From: Nautiliaceae bacterium
GTDB lineage: Bacteria > Campylobacterota > Campylobacteria > Campylobacterales > Nautiliaceae
Direction of reading: 5' to 3'
DNA: 46,504 nucleotides
NCBI GenBank assembly: GCA_039831175.1
Contig: JBDONU010000022.1
Span: 1 to 46,504, forward strand
This document shows positions 1 to 7,758 of this stretch, one piece after another; the first letter of the stretch is position 1; every line of letters starts with the position of its first letter. The notes below the pieces were generated by a model that saw only the letters and a program-made list of their open reading frames with translations, searched no databases and was not told the DNA's origin. Position numbers and translations under genes: made by a program.

Positions 1-2
1 GT

Positions 3-389
3 GAAGGATGTGAAATAAGTCCAATGGAATTTTTAAAAAAGGTACTCCCAGACCCAGCAAGTCTTGGACCTAGAACAAAAGGACAAACTCATATAGGAGT
101 AGTGGTAACCGGATATAAAGACGGAAAGAAAAAAAGATACTATATCTACAATATCTGCGACCATCAATGTGCTTTTAGAGAAGTTGGAGCTCAATGTGTT
201 AGCTATACAACAGGAGTACCTGCAATGATAGGGGCTATGATGATAGCTACAAAAACTTGGTTTAGTCCTGGTGTTAAAAACATGGAAGAATTCCCAGCAA
301 AACCATTTATGTATGCTCTAAATAAATACGGACTTCCTTGGTTTATAGAAGAATTACCAACAGATGGTCTTCCAATAGATAGAATTTAA
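3..389 (+). CDS. Saccharopine dehydrogenase family / carboxy(nor)spermidine dehydrogenase, C-terminal part (5' end lies before the window)
   Basis: Frame is open from nt 3 (EGCEISPMEFLKKVLPDPASLGPRTKG...). Motifs YYIYNICDH and VSYTTGVPAMIGA...GVKNMEEF are typical of this family's C-terminus. Confidence 0.85.
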   Translation, partial: EGCEISPMEFLKKVLPDPASLGPRTKGQTHIGVVVTGYKDGKKKRYYIYNICDHQCAFREVGAQCVSYTTGVPAMIGAMMIATKTWFSPGVKNMEEFPAKPFMYALNKYGLPWFIEELPTDGLPIDRI

Positions 390-406
390 CCTTCTTTTTC
401 TATCTT

Positions 407-427
407 TTTTAGTCTTTTTGACTCAAT
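407..427. promoter_or_regulatory. Putative HspR (HAIR-like) operator
   Basis: TTTTAGT-ctttttg-ACTCAAT matches 11 of 14 positions of CTTGAGT-N7-ACTCAAG. It sits directly upstream of a -35 box. Confidence 0.5.
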
Positions 428-431
428 TTAC

Positions 432-461
432 TTGACTTTTAATTTTAAAATGAGTTATAAT
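432..461 (+). promoter_or_regulatory. Sigma70-type promoter of the hdeD-like gene
   Basis: TTGACT (432-437), 18 nt spacer, TATAAT (456-461); RBS AAGGAGG precedes ATG 493. Confidence 0.6.
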
Positions 462-492
462 TCATTTAAGCAATTTATTCAAGGAGGGTAAG

Positions 493-1047
493 ATGTTTAT
501 TACAAGTAACATCAACAAAGAAAAATTAAAAGAGTTTAGCACTCTTTCAATCGTAACTGGTATTATTATGACAATTGCTGGAATTTTAGCAATTACCAAT
601 CCAGTAGCGGGTAGTTTAGCGTTTGTATTGTTTTTAGGTGCACTTTTTATTGTAAGTGGAATTACCCAAGCGGTAATTACATTTAAAGCTCATCAAAAAA
701 GTTTAGGTGCTTGGTTTAAAGTATTGATGCTTATCATCACTGGTGTGTTACTTATCCTTTGGCCAGGAAGCGGTATTGCAGCGGTTGCAATTTTGTTTGC
801 GGCATACTTCTTTGTGGATGCATTTGCATCTTTTCAAATGGCACTTGATTTAAAACCTTTAAAAGGGTGGTGGATATCTTTGTTAAATGGTATTTTAAGC
901 TTTATTTTAGGTATTGTAATGCTTATAGGTTGGCCATTCTCTGCACCATTTGTGGTTGGAGTTATTGTTGGAGTTAGCTTTATTATGGATGGAATTGTAT
1001 TAGTTATGCTTGGAATTATGGCTAAAAAAGGAGCTTACGACAACTAA
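493..1047 (+). CDS. HdeD family (DUF308) membrane protein
   Basis: 184 aa, about 6 hydrophobic helices with the repeated G-I-L-A-I..P / G..FI..GI pattern; strong RBS. Confidence 0.8.
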   Translation: MFITSNINKEKLKEFSTLSIVTGIIMTIAGILAITNPVAGSLAFVLFLGALFIVSGITQAVITFKAHQKSLGAWFKVLMLIITGVLLILWPGSGIAAVAILFAAYFFVDAFASFQMALDLKPLKGWWISLLNGILSFILGIVMLIGWPFSAPFVVGVIVGVSFIMDGIVLVMLGIMAKKGAYDN

Positions 1048-1292
1048 GTCGTCTCCTTTTTAGGCCAAAACTTTACAATTGAATATCCATCATCTTTATG
1101 CCTTGGTGCCTTTTCATCCCACTCATACTCTTCTAAAAAATCATTAAGCACCGTTGCCAAATATTTTAGTCTATCTTCTGTTGAAATATCTGGCATCTCC
1201 TCTTTTAAAAACATATATAAATCTTTATCCTGAGCTTTGCATTTAGTGTGAAGCTTTTTAATATTCTCTTCACTCAAATCAAGTTTTTCCAT
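1044..1292 (-). CDS. Hypothetical protein
   Basis: ORF follows ciaB directly; AAGGAG RBS before ATG 1292; typical charged composition. Confidence 0.7.
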   Translation of the reverse strand: MEKLDLSEENIKKLHTKCKAQDKDLYMFLKEEMPDISTEDRLKYLATVLNDFLEEYEWDEKAPRHKDDGYSIVKFWPKKETT

Positions 1293-1294
1293 TT

Positions 1295-3028
1295 TCACTC
1301 CTTATAAATTTTATTTCCAATCTCTTTATACCTTTTGTAATAATACCTTACAAACTCATCAGCCTTTTTACTTAAAGGATAAAAATTCTTATCTTTATAA
1401 ACAAATCTATCCAAAAACTCTTTTGCATCTTTTTTTTCTACATAATGATTAGCTAAATTAAGATAAGTCTCTTTATACCAATTTTTAAGCTCACTATATT
1501 TTGAATAATCATATTCAAGGTTTTTACCATTAAATTTAATTACCCCACTCTCAAAAAGCCCACTCAAATGAATAAGACCCTCAATATAATAAGGCAGTAC
1601 CTCATCAACTTCCATCCATGCTATAAGTCCTACCGCTCTTTTTATTGTATCATCTAAAATAGCATTAATTAATTCTTTATCTTCATTCTCAAAAAATGCC
1701 ATAAACCCCCCGGTTGTAGCTTTAAACTCCTCTATATTCTTAAACATTCCGCTTTTATTCATCACTCTCTCACTCTCTTCATCTACCCATAAAATATGCC
1801 CAAACTCGTGCCCAATTGTTGTAATATCATAAACTTTTATAAATTTTTCTTTATCTTCAAGTTCTTCATAAAACCTCTCCATAAAACTTTTACCAAAAAT
1901 TTCATAACTAAGTGCCATTTTTGGTCTTGCTTTTATATCTTCATAAACTTTATCCACAAAAGCAAATATTTTTTTACCTTTTTCAAGGCTAACTTGTTCA
2001 TCATTTGGTACAACCTGAGCTGAAAATAGTCCGTTAAATTCTGCTCCATAAAACGTAGCAGGTGTGGAGATATAAAGCTGAGTTCTATTAATATTTTGCA
2101 AAGCTTTATCTAAAAGCTCTTTATCAAGGCAATATTTTTTATACATTTTTACGATATTCTCTTTTACTTCACTTTTTAAATTTGGATTCTTAATCCTAAC
2201 ATCAAGTTCAAGAGCTACGGCTTTGCGGAATTTATCTTCATAATATTCAAGAGGATGTCCTACTTGAATTGGAGCTTTTATATCCATCCAAATTTTATCT
2301 ACATTTTGCCATCTTCTAATAAGCTGGGTTTTATCTTTTTCAAGAAGCGCCATTTTTAAAGCATTAAAATATAAAATCCACTCTACTTTAAACTCATCTT
2401 CAAGTTTTTCAAGATTTACAATCAGCTCATCTATTGCTCTTACAGCCTCTTCTATCTCCTCTTCAAAAACATCATAATAACTCTTTACTAAATAACCGCT
2501 CTCCCCTTTTACCAAAACAGAATAACTTCTATCATCCTCTACTAAATTATTCTCCATTAAAAACGCCATAACTTTGGCTTCATCTCCGCCAAATTCAAGA
2601 CTCAATTCTTCATTTATTGTATGAACTATATGCTTAATCCAAGCTGGCTGCCATTTTGAAAAGGCAATTCCTATTTTATGCACTCCTTTTAAAAGCTCGC
2701 TACAAAAAGGAGAAACAAAAAAAGAAATCTCATCAATTAACTTTTTATGCTCACTTAACCAAAAATCTTTTGTAATTTCATACAATCTAAATTGAATATC
2801 CCTTATTTTATTTTTATCAAAATCTTTTAATAAATTAAAAAGGGCATCTTCTCTTAAATGAAAAACTCTTTTTTTTAAAGCAAAAAGATTATCTTCGTTT
2901 ATTTCTAATCCAAACTCTTTTAAAATCCCTTCAAAAACTTCCATAATCTCTTTTGGAGGATTTTTAAAATAGCTATTTACTCTTTTATCTCTATTTCTAA
3001 CTACTTCATATACTTTTGCTAAATCCAT
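1295..3028 (-). CDS. ciaB: CiaB (Campylobacter invasion antigen B) family protein; HExxH putative zinc-peptidase fold
   Basis: Motifs GHPLEYYEDKFRKAVALE, GLFSAQVVPNDE, TIGHEFGHILW, KNIEEFKATTGG. RBS AGGAG before ATG 3028. Confidence 0.85.
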   Translation of the reverse strand: MDLAKVYEVVRNRDKRVNSYFKNPPKEIMEVFEGILKEFGLEINEDNLFALKKRVFHLREDALFNLLKDFDKNKIRDIQFRLYEITKDFWLSEHKKLIDEISFFVSPFCSELLKGVHKIGIAFSKWQPAWIKHIVHTINEELSLEFGGDEAKVMAFLMENNLVEDDRSYSVLVKGESGYLVKSYYDVFEEEIEEAVRAIDELIVNLEKLEDEFKVEWILYFNALKMALLEKDKTQLIRRWQNVDKIWMDIKAPIQVGHPLEYYEDKFRKAVALELDVRIKNPNLKSEVKENIVKMYKKYCLDKELLDKALQNINRTQLYISTPATFYGAEFNGLFSAQVVPNDEQVSLEKGKKIFAFVDKVYEDIKARPKMALSYEIFGKSFMERFYEELEDKEKFIKVYDITTIGHEFGHILWVDEESERVMNKSGMFKNIEEFKATTGGFMAFFENEDKELINAILDDTIKRAVGLIAWMEVDEVLPYYIEGLIHLSGLFESGVIKFNGKNLEYDYSKYSELKNWYKETYLNLANHYVEKKDAKEFLDRFVYKDKNFYPLSKKADEFVRYYYKRYKEIGNKIYKE

Positions 3029-3036
3029 AACTTCTC

Positions 3037-3348
3037 CTACCAATCATTCCAAGAATGTACTTTTTTAATCACTTGGAGTCCATCAACTTCACTAATTGCA
3101 GAAAACCCAATATCTTGAAGATACTCTTCATCAAATTTCACCAAAGATATAATATACCCTCCATTCCTCAAAGCCCTAAAATAGGGTTTAATATCCTCTT
3201 TCCTATCAAGGATAATAAAGTGAAAATATCTTTTATAATTTATATCCTTATCAATAAACTCCCCATCAAAAACTTCTTTATTCGTAGTACCAACTCTTGG
3301 ATTATCCCCTTTGCTTATACTCTCAATTATTTGTTGAATAATCTCCAT
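3037..3348 (-). CDS. Hypothetical protein, possibly a degenerate methyltransferase-like fold
   Basis: 103 aa, translationally coupled to the upstream gene. YFRALRNGGYII resembles the L-K-P-G-G motif of class I methyltransferases. Confidence 0.6.
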   Translation of the reverse strand: MEIIQQIIESISKGDNPRVGTTNKEVFDGEFIDKDINYKRYFHFIILDRKEDIKPYFRALRNGGYIISLVKFDEEYLQDIGFSAISEVDGLQVIKKVHSWNDW

Positions 3349-3641
3349 TATATACTCCCATAAGAATAAAGCTCTTTGAATAAAAACGCCTCAACCACTT
3401 CATAAATCCCCATTCCCTCTCTTGGACACATCAAAGGCTCAGCTCCCATTTCAATAAAATCAAAAACAAACTCCTCTTTTGGAGTAACAAAAAAGTGAAC
3501 CCCTTCTACTAAATCATCTCTACTCTTAACATACTCTATCTTTTCAACTTTTCCATTATTCACAAAAACTTTTGCAAACTCCTTAGCATCTTTACTTGAT
3601 GAGCAAACCCCATCTCTAAGAGGAATTCCTAAAACAAACAT
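3348..3641 (-). CDS. Small NifX/NifB-like (dinitrogenase FeMo-cofactor domain-like) protein, tentative
   Basis: Starts MFVLGIP right after the upstream stop. The IP....G.....F pattern and C-terminal 'I.EVVEAFL..EL' are reminiscent of NifX-like proteins. Confidence 0.5.
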   Translation of the reverse strand: MFVLGIPLRDGVCSSSKDAKEFAKVFVNNGKVEKIEYVKSRDDLVEGVHFFVTPKEEFVFDFIEMGAEPLMCPREGMGIYEVVEAFLFKELYSYGSI

Positions 3642-3642
3642 C

Positions 3643-4362
3643 CTATCCCCTTTCAATCTCTCCTGGATAATCAGCAATCCCATAAGTTAAATTTCCTACT
3701 TTATTAAAACCAAGTTGTTGTTGAAGAGCTCTTTGAAGATATGCACTTCTACTCCCAACGTGACAATAGATAATAATTCTTTTATCTTTTAACTTCATCC
3801 ATTCATCCAAATCGTATTGAACTCTACTTATTGGTAAAAGTTTATCAGTCCCTTTTATCCTCATCATTTGATGCTCAAAAGGTTCACGAATATCAATAAG
3901 TTCAAAATCCAAAAGCTCTTTTTCCCTTGCCTTTAATAAAACTTCAAGCTCACTTCCTAAAAGTTGCTCTTTTTTCAAAATCTCTTCAAGCTCATTTACG
4001 CTAAGCCCATCTATCTTAATATGAGAGTTTTTATTTGCTTTTTGACTAAACTCCTCAGAACAAAAAATACCACAATGACAAACCCCCTTATTTGGAATTT
4101 CATCTCCAATTGCTTGTTTACAAGGGCAAATTCTATTATCGGCACTTACATATTTACCATCTTTTTCAATCACTGGAAAACAAGGACAAAATCTTTTCCC
4201 ATAAAGGAGTTTATTATTTGTAAGCCCTTTTAAAACCCTCTCAACAACTTCTTCATCAGGATTAAATTTCCACCCAAACTGCTTAACTACTTTGTGAGCA
4301 AACTTTTCAGTCTTTAAAAATTCTTGCTGGAATTCAGGAGAATTTATATCAACTGTTTTCAT
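3643..4362 (-). CDS. Ferredoxin-thioredoxin reductase catalytic domain fused to a C-terminal rhodanese domain
   Basis: N-half has YGKRFCPC...ICPC...CHCGIF (FTR [4Fe-4S]/disulfide motifs). C-half has LIDIREPFE...IIIYCHVGSRS...NLTYGI (rhodanese with active-site Cys). Confidence 0.88.
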   Translation of the reverse strand: MKTVDINSPEFQQEFLKTEKFAHKVVKQFGWKFNPDEEVVERVLKGLTNNKLLYGKRFCPCFPVIEKDGKYVSADNRICPCKQAIGDEIPNKGVCHCGIFCSEEFSQKANKNSHIKIDGLSVNELEEILKKEQLLGSELEVLLKAREKELLDFELIDIREPFEHQMMRIKGTDKLLPISRVQYDLDEWMKLKDKRIIIYCHVGSRSAYLQRALQQQLGFNKVGNLTYGIADYPGEIERG

Positions 4363-4694
4363 TTATCACCTTTTAACTCTTCACACTTATTAGGATTACA
4401 AAAAATTCCACAATGACAACAACCTTCTGCTACTTCGTGGTCAATTGCAGGTTTACAAGGACAAATTCTATCATCCTTATCTCCCATCGGAATAAAACAA
4501 GGACAATATCTTTTTCCATACATTAATTTATTTCTTGTAAGCCCCATTACAATCGCATCATAAACCTCTTTATCTGGATTTAAACACCATCCAAATTGCT
4601 TTACAACTTTTTCAACAAATTTTTTTGTTTTTTCCTCTTCTTTTTTAAACTCCTCACTATTCATATCTACATCAACTCTTTTTGGTTGTAACAT
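4359..4694 (-). CDS. Ferredoxin-thioredoxin reductase catalytic (beta) subunit-like protein
   Basis: YGKRYCPC...ICPC...CHCGIF motifs; AAGGAG RBS before ATG 4694. Confidence 0.88.
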   Translation of the reverse strand: MLQPKRVDVDMNSEEFKKEEEKTKKFVEKVVKQFGWCLNPDKEVYDAIVMGLTRNKLMYGKRYCPCFIPMGDKDDRICPCKPAIDHEVAEGCCHCGIFCNPNKCEELKGDK

Positions 4695-4750
4695 AATATC
4701 TCCTTTTTTAAAAGATTTTATCAAAAAAAAGTAAAAAAATAAAATTAAAG

Positions 4751-4767
4751 TGATTAATTTTTAATCA
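4751..4767. promoter_or_regulatory. Perfect 7-3-7 inverted repeat, candidate regulator site between the divergent FTR and amtB loci
   Basis: TGATTAA-TTT-TTAATCA. Confidence 0.45.
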
Positions 4768-4830
4768 ATTATCTAACTTAACTAATAAATTTTTTCGAAG
4801 AAAATTTCGCATATAACTTTAAGAATCCAG

Positions 4831-5547
4831 GGGGGTACTGTTATACATATGAATGGTGATCTTGCAGGACTTATAGCAGCTTTAATGATTGGTAAAAGAA
4901 AAAGTTACCCTAAACATCAAATGATGCCAAGTAGTGTAATTTTAACAGCTACTGGTGCAACTCTTTTATGGTTTAGTTGGTTTGGATTTAACGGAGGTAG
5001 TGAATTTGCAGTAGATGAAGTAGCTGGAAGTGCATTTTTAATGACAAACTTTGCAGCAGCTGTGACTTGGATTATTTTAGAATATATTAAATACGGAAAA
5101 CCTACTTTACTTGGTGCAGCAAGTGTGCTGTGGCTGGACTTGTAGCAATTACACCAGCTGCTGGATTTGTAAATGTAGTAAGTGCTTTAATTATCGGTAT
5201 TGGTGAAAGTATTAGTGGATTTTTAGGTGTAACAATGCTTAAAAAATATTTAAATACAATGATAGTTTGGTATTCACTTTATAGCTGGTCTTTGGGGTGC
5301 AATTGCAACAGGATTCTTTGCCCTTCAAGAACTTGCATGGGATGGACCATTAAAAAATAGAGATAGACTTGGTCAAATTTAGGTACAAGTTAAATCTGTA
5401 ATTGTTACAACAATATTTGTAGCAATCATGACAGCAGTAATACTTAAAATAGCATCTCTTTTAACAGGTGGTGCAAGAGTAGATGAAAAAGAAGAGATTG
5501 AAGGGCTTGATTCTACTCAACATGGAGAAAAAGGATTTAATCTTTAA
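4831..5547 (+). pseudogene. amtB: Ammonium transporter AmtB pseudogene (5'-truncated, frameshifted, nonsense codon)
   Basis: Homology starts at GGTVIHMN (from DFAGGTVVH) and continues LLWFSWFGFNGGS, GKPTLLGAAS. Frameshift near 5125 into VAGLVAITPAAGFV; further frameshift/deletion near 5246-5268 into GIHFIAGLWGAIATG; TAG at 5380-5382; ends EEIEGLDSTQHGEKGFNL*. Confidence 0.92.
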
Positions 5548-5556
5548 TCCTTTTTT
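5528..5556 (+). terminator. Putative intrinsic terminator overlapping the amtB stop
   Basis: AAAAAGGATT-taatcttt-AATCCTTTTT hairpin running into a T-tract. Confidence 0.55.
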
Positions 5557-5578
5557 GTTATAATTTTGTAAAAAAGGT

Positions 5579-6250
5579 ATGAAAATTTTTATAGCAAAAT
5601 CTAAATATCTTAAAAAAATAAAAGAATTGGCAGATATGGCAAAAGAGTTAAAACTTAGTATTTACATTTGGGGAGAGAGAGGAGTTGGGAAAAGCTTTTT
5701 AGCAAGATATATATCCCCAGACGCTATTATTAATAAACTATCTACCACTAAACCTATTATAATTGAAAATTTTGATAAAAATCCATCCCTAAATTTTAAA
5801 AATCCTTTTTTAATAGCAACTGGCACAAAGCCTCTCTCAAAAGAAACAATTAAAAAATATTTCTCAATGGATATTGAACTAAAACCCCTAAGAGAACATG
5901 AAGAAGATATTTTAGAGTTTGCAAATTATTTTAAAAGCCAAGCCCAAAAAGAGTTAAAAATTCAAAAAGAGATTTCATTGGAAAATTTAGATATATCAGA
6001 AAATCTAAACTCCCTAAAAAGAGACATTTATAAAAGACTTTTACTCCCAAGCGATAAAGAAGAGATTTTTAATATTTTAAAAGATATTTATAAAACAAAC
6101 CATAAAACATACGAAGAGGAGCTTTGCTTGTTTGAGAGAACACTTTTTAGTGCAATGAAAGAAAAATATATTTCCAAACTCAAAATTTCAGAACAATTAA
6201 AAATCAACAGAGTAACATTAACAAAAAAGATGAGGCAGCTTGATGTTTGA
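5579..6250 (+). CDS. Reduced NtrC-like / Fis-family regulator (truncated AAA+ domain plus HTH, no receiver, no GAFTGA)
   Basis: Walker A GERGVGKS; PLREHEEDI (bEBP PLRER.EDI motif); C-terminal Fis-type HTH ISEQLKINRVTLTKKM. Confidence 0.75.
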   Translation: MKIFIAKSKYLKKIKELADMAKELKLSIYIWGERGVGKSFLARYISPDAIINKLSTTKPIIIENFDKNPSLNFKNPFLIATGTKPLSKETIKKYFSMDIELKPLREHEEDILEFANYFKSQAQKELKIQKEISLENLDISENLNSLKRDIYKRLLLPSDKEEIFNILKDIYKTNHKTYEEELCLFERTLFSAMKEKYISKLKISEQLKINRVTLTKKMRQLDV

Positions 6251-6905
6251 AGAATTTTGCGAGTATGATATAAATCCTTTTATTATTTTTAATCAAAAAG
6301 GGGAAATTAAATATTGTAATCAAGAAGCAGAAATACTCCTCTCATACATAAACCAAAAAGAGATTTTTCAATTTGCAATTAAAAATGCACCAAAAAATCC
6401 AGAGATAATTACTGAATTTAAGAAAATAAAATTTAATGATTTTGAATTTACAGGCTATGCAATTGGATACAAAGATGAAAAAGAGATAGGAGTTAGATTT
6501 TTTATTGACACTCACCTTCATTCAATAAATTTAGAAGACTTAGAAAAGAGTGACATACTAAAACTTATCCACTTTGCAATTGAGTATACAAAATTAAAAC
6601 ACCAAACAAAATTTAAAATTTACCCAGATCCAGACTTACCAGAAATTTTCATAAACAAAAAAGCATTTATTAATCTACTACTTGATATATTAGAAGGACA
6701 AAAAAAGGCTGAGATTGAGACAAAAATTAAAATTGGCGAATATATAAAAATTCAAAATAAAAAGTATTCAATACTCTCTATCATAATCACTACAATACCG
6801 AAAAAAGAGATAAAAAGTAATTTTTTTGAAGTAATTAATTTAAATAACGGGTATATAATCCAAATTCCAATAATAAAAGAGAAAGATGAAAATAGTAATA
6901 CTTGA
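6243..6905 (+). CDS. PAS-like domain protein with a degenerate NtrB-like kinase remnant
   Basis: N-terminal PAS-like PFIIFNQKGEIKYCNQEAE. YPDPDLPEI resembles NtrB DYDPSLPEL. No recognisable H-box or G-boxes. Confidence 0.55.
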   Translation: MFEEFCEYDINPFIIFNQKGEIKYCNQEAEILLSYINQKEIFQFAIKNAPKNPEIITEFKKIKFNDFEFTGYAIGYKDEKEIGVRFFIDTHLHSINLEDLEKSDILKLIHFAIEYTKLKHQTKFKIYPDPDLPEIFINKKAFINLLLDILEGQKKAEIETKIKIGEYIKIQNKKYSILSIIITTIPKKEIKSNFFEVINLNNGYIIQIPIIKEKDENSNT

Positions 6906-7758
6906 TACGGAAACAACTGGAATAAAAGAAGATGATAGAATTTGCCAACTTAGCTTTATAATTGCAAATCAAGAGTTAGAAATTGAAGAGATTTATAACG
7001 AACTCATAAAACCACCAGTACCAATTAGCTATGATGCAATGGCAATACACCATATCACAAACGAAGATATACAAAACGCTCTCCCAATTGAAAAAACCAA
7101 AGCTTACCAAAAATTAATAGAGCTTAATAAAATTGAAAATATTTTAGTAATTCACAACGCAGAGTTTGATATCAAAATGTTACAAAAAGAGGGGTTTACT
7201 CCAAATTTTAGGATTATAGATACTTTTAGAGTCTTAAAACATATTCTCCCCGATGGAAAATTTTCTCTCCAATACAACAGATATGCCCTTGGACTTTACA
7301 AAAAAGAGAACGAGATTGCAAATAAATACAACATAACAATAAACCCTCACGATGCACTAAGTGATGTAATCGTACTTTATTTATTACTTGTTTACTTAAA
7401 AGAGCAATACTCTTTTGAGGAATTAATAGAACTTACTCAAAAACCAATTCTCCAAGAAAAATTTTACATGGGTAAATACAAATTCCAAAAGATAAAAGAT
7501 GTAATAATAAAACATCCCAACTATATTGAAAACTTACTTCACACAAAAGATACCCCAGAAGATATAATCTATTCAATCAATCACTATCTAAAAGAACTTA
7601 ATGAACCAATGCAATTTAGATTTAATATTGGAAAATATAAAGGAATGCTCGTTGAGGATGTTGCAAAAATTGATAAAGAGTATCTAAAATGGGCATACCA
7701 TAACATGAAAATGGGAAAATGGATGAGAGAGAGAATTAAAGAATTACTTTCTCTCTAA
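6886..7758 (+). CDS. DEDDh 3'-5' exonuclease (exodeoxyribonuclease X-like) with C-terminal GKYK repeats
   Basis: ExoI LDTETTG, ExoII HNAEFD, ExoIII HDALSD; two F-x-x-GKYK repeats. Confidence 0.85.
   Translation: MKIVILDTETTGIKEDDRICQLSFIIANQELEIEEIYNELIKPPVPISYDAMAIHHITNEDIQNALPIEKTKAYQKLIELNKIENILVIHNAEFDIKMLQKEGFTPNFRIIDTFRVLKHILPDGKFSLQYNRYALGLYKKENEIANKYNITINPHDALSDVIVLYLLLVYLKEQYSFEELIELTQKPILQEKFYMGKYKFQKIKDVIIKHPNYIENLLHTKDTPEDIIYSINHYLKELNEPMQFRFNIGKYKGMLVEDVAKIDKEYLKWAYHNMKMGKWMRERIKELLSL

Noticed and set aside
4830-4835. G6 run as a phase-variation tract
   Set aside because: Too short, and the gene has several independent downstream lesions.
4849-5360. ORFs 4849-5145 and 5130-5360 as two genes
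   Set aside because: They are consecutive frameshifted pieces of one amtB pseudogene.
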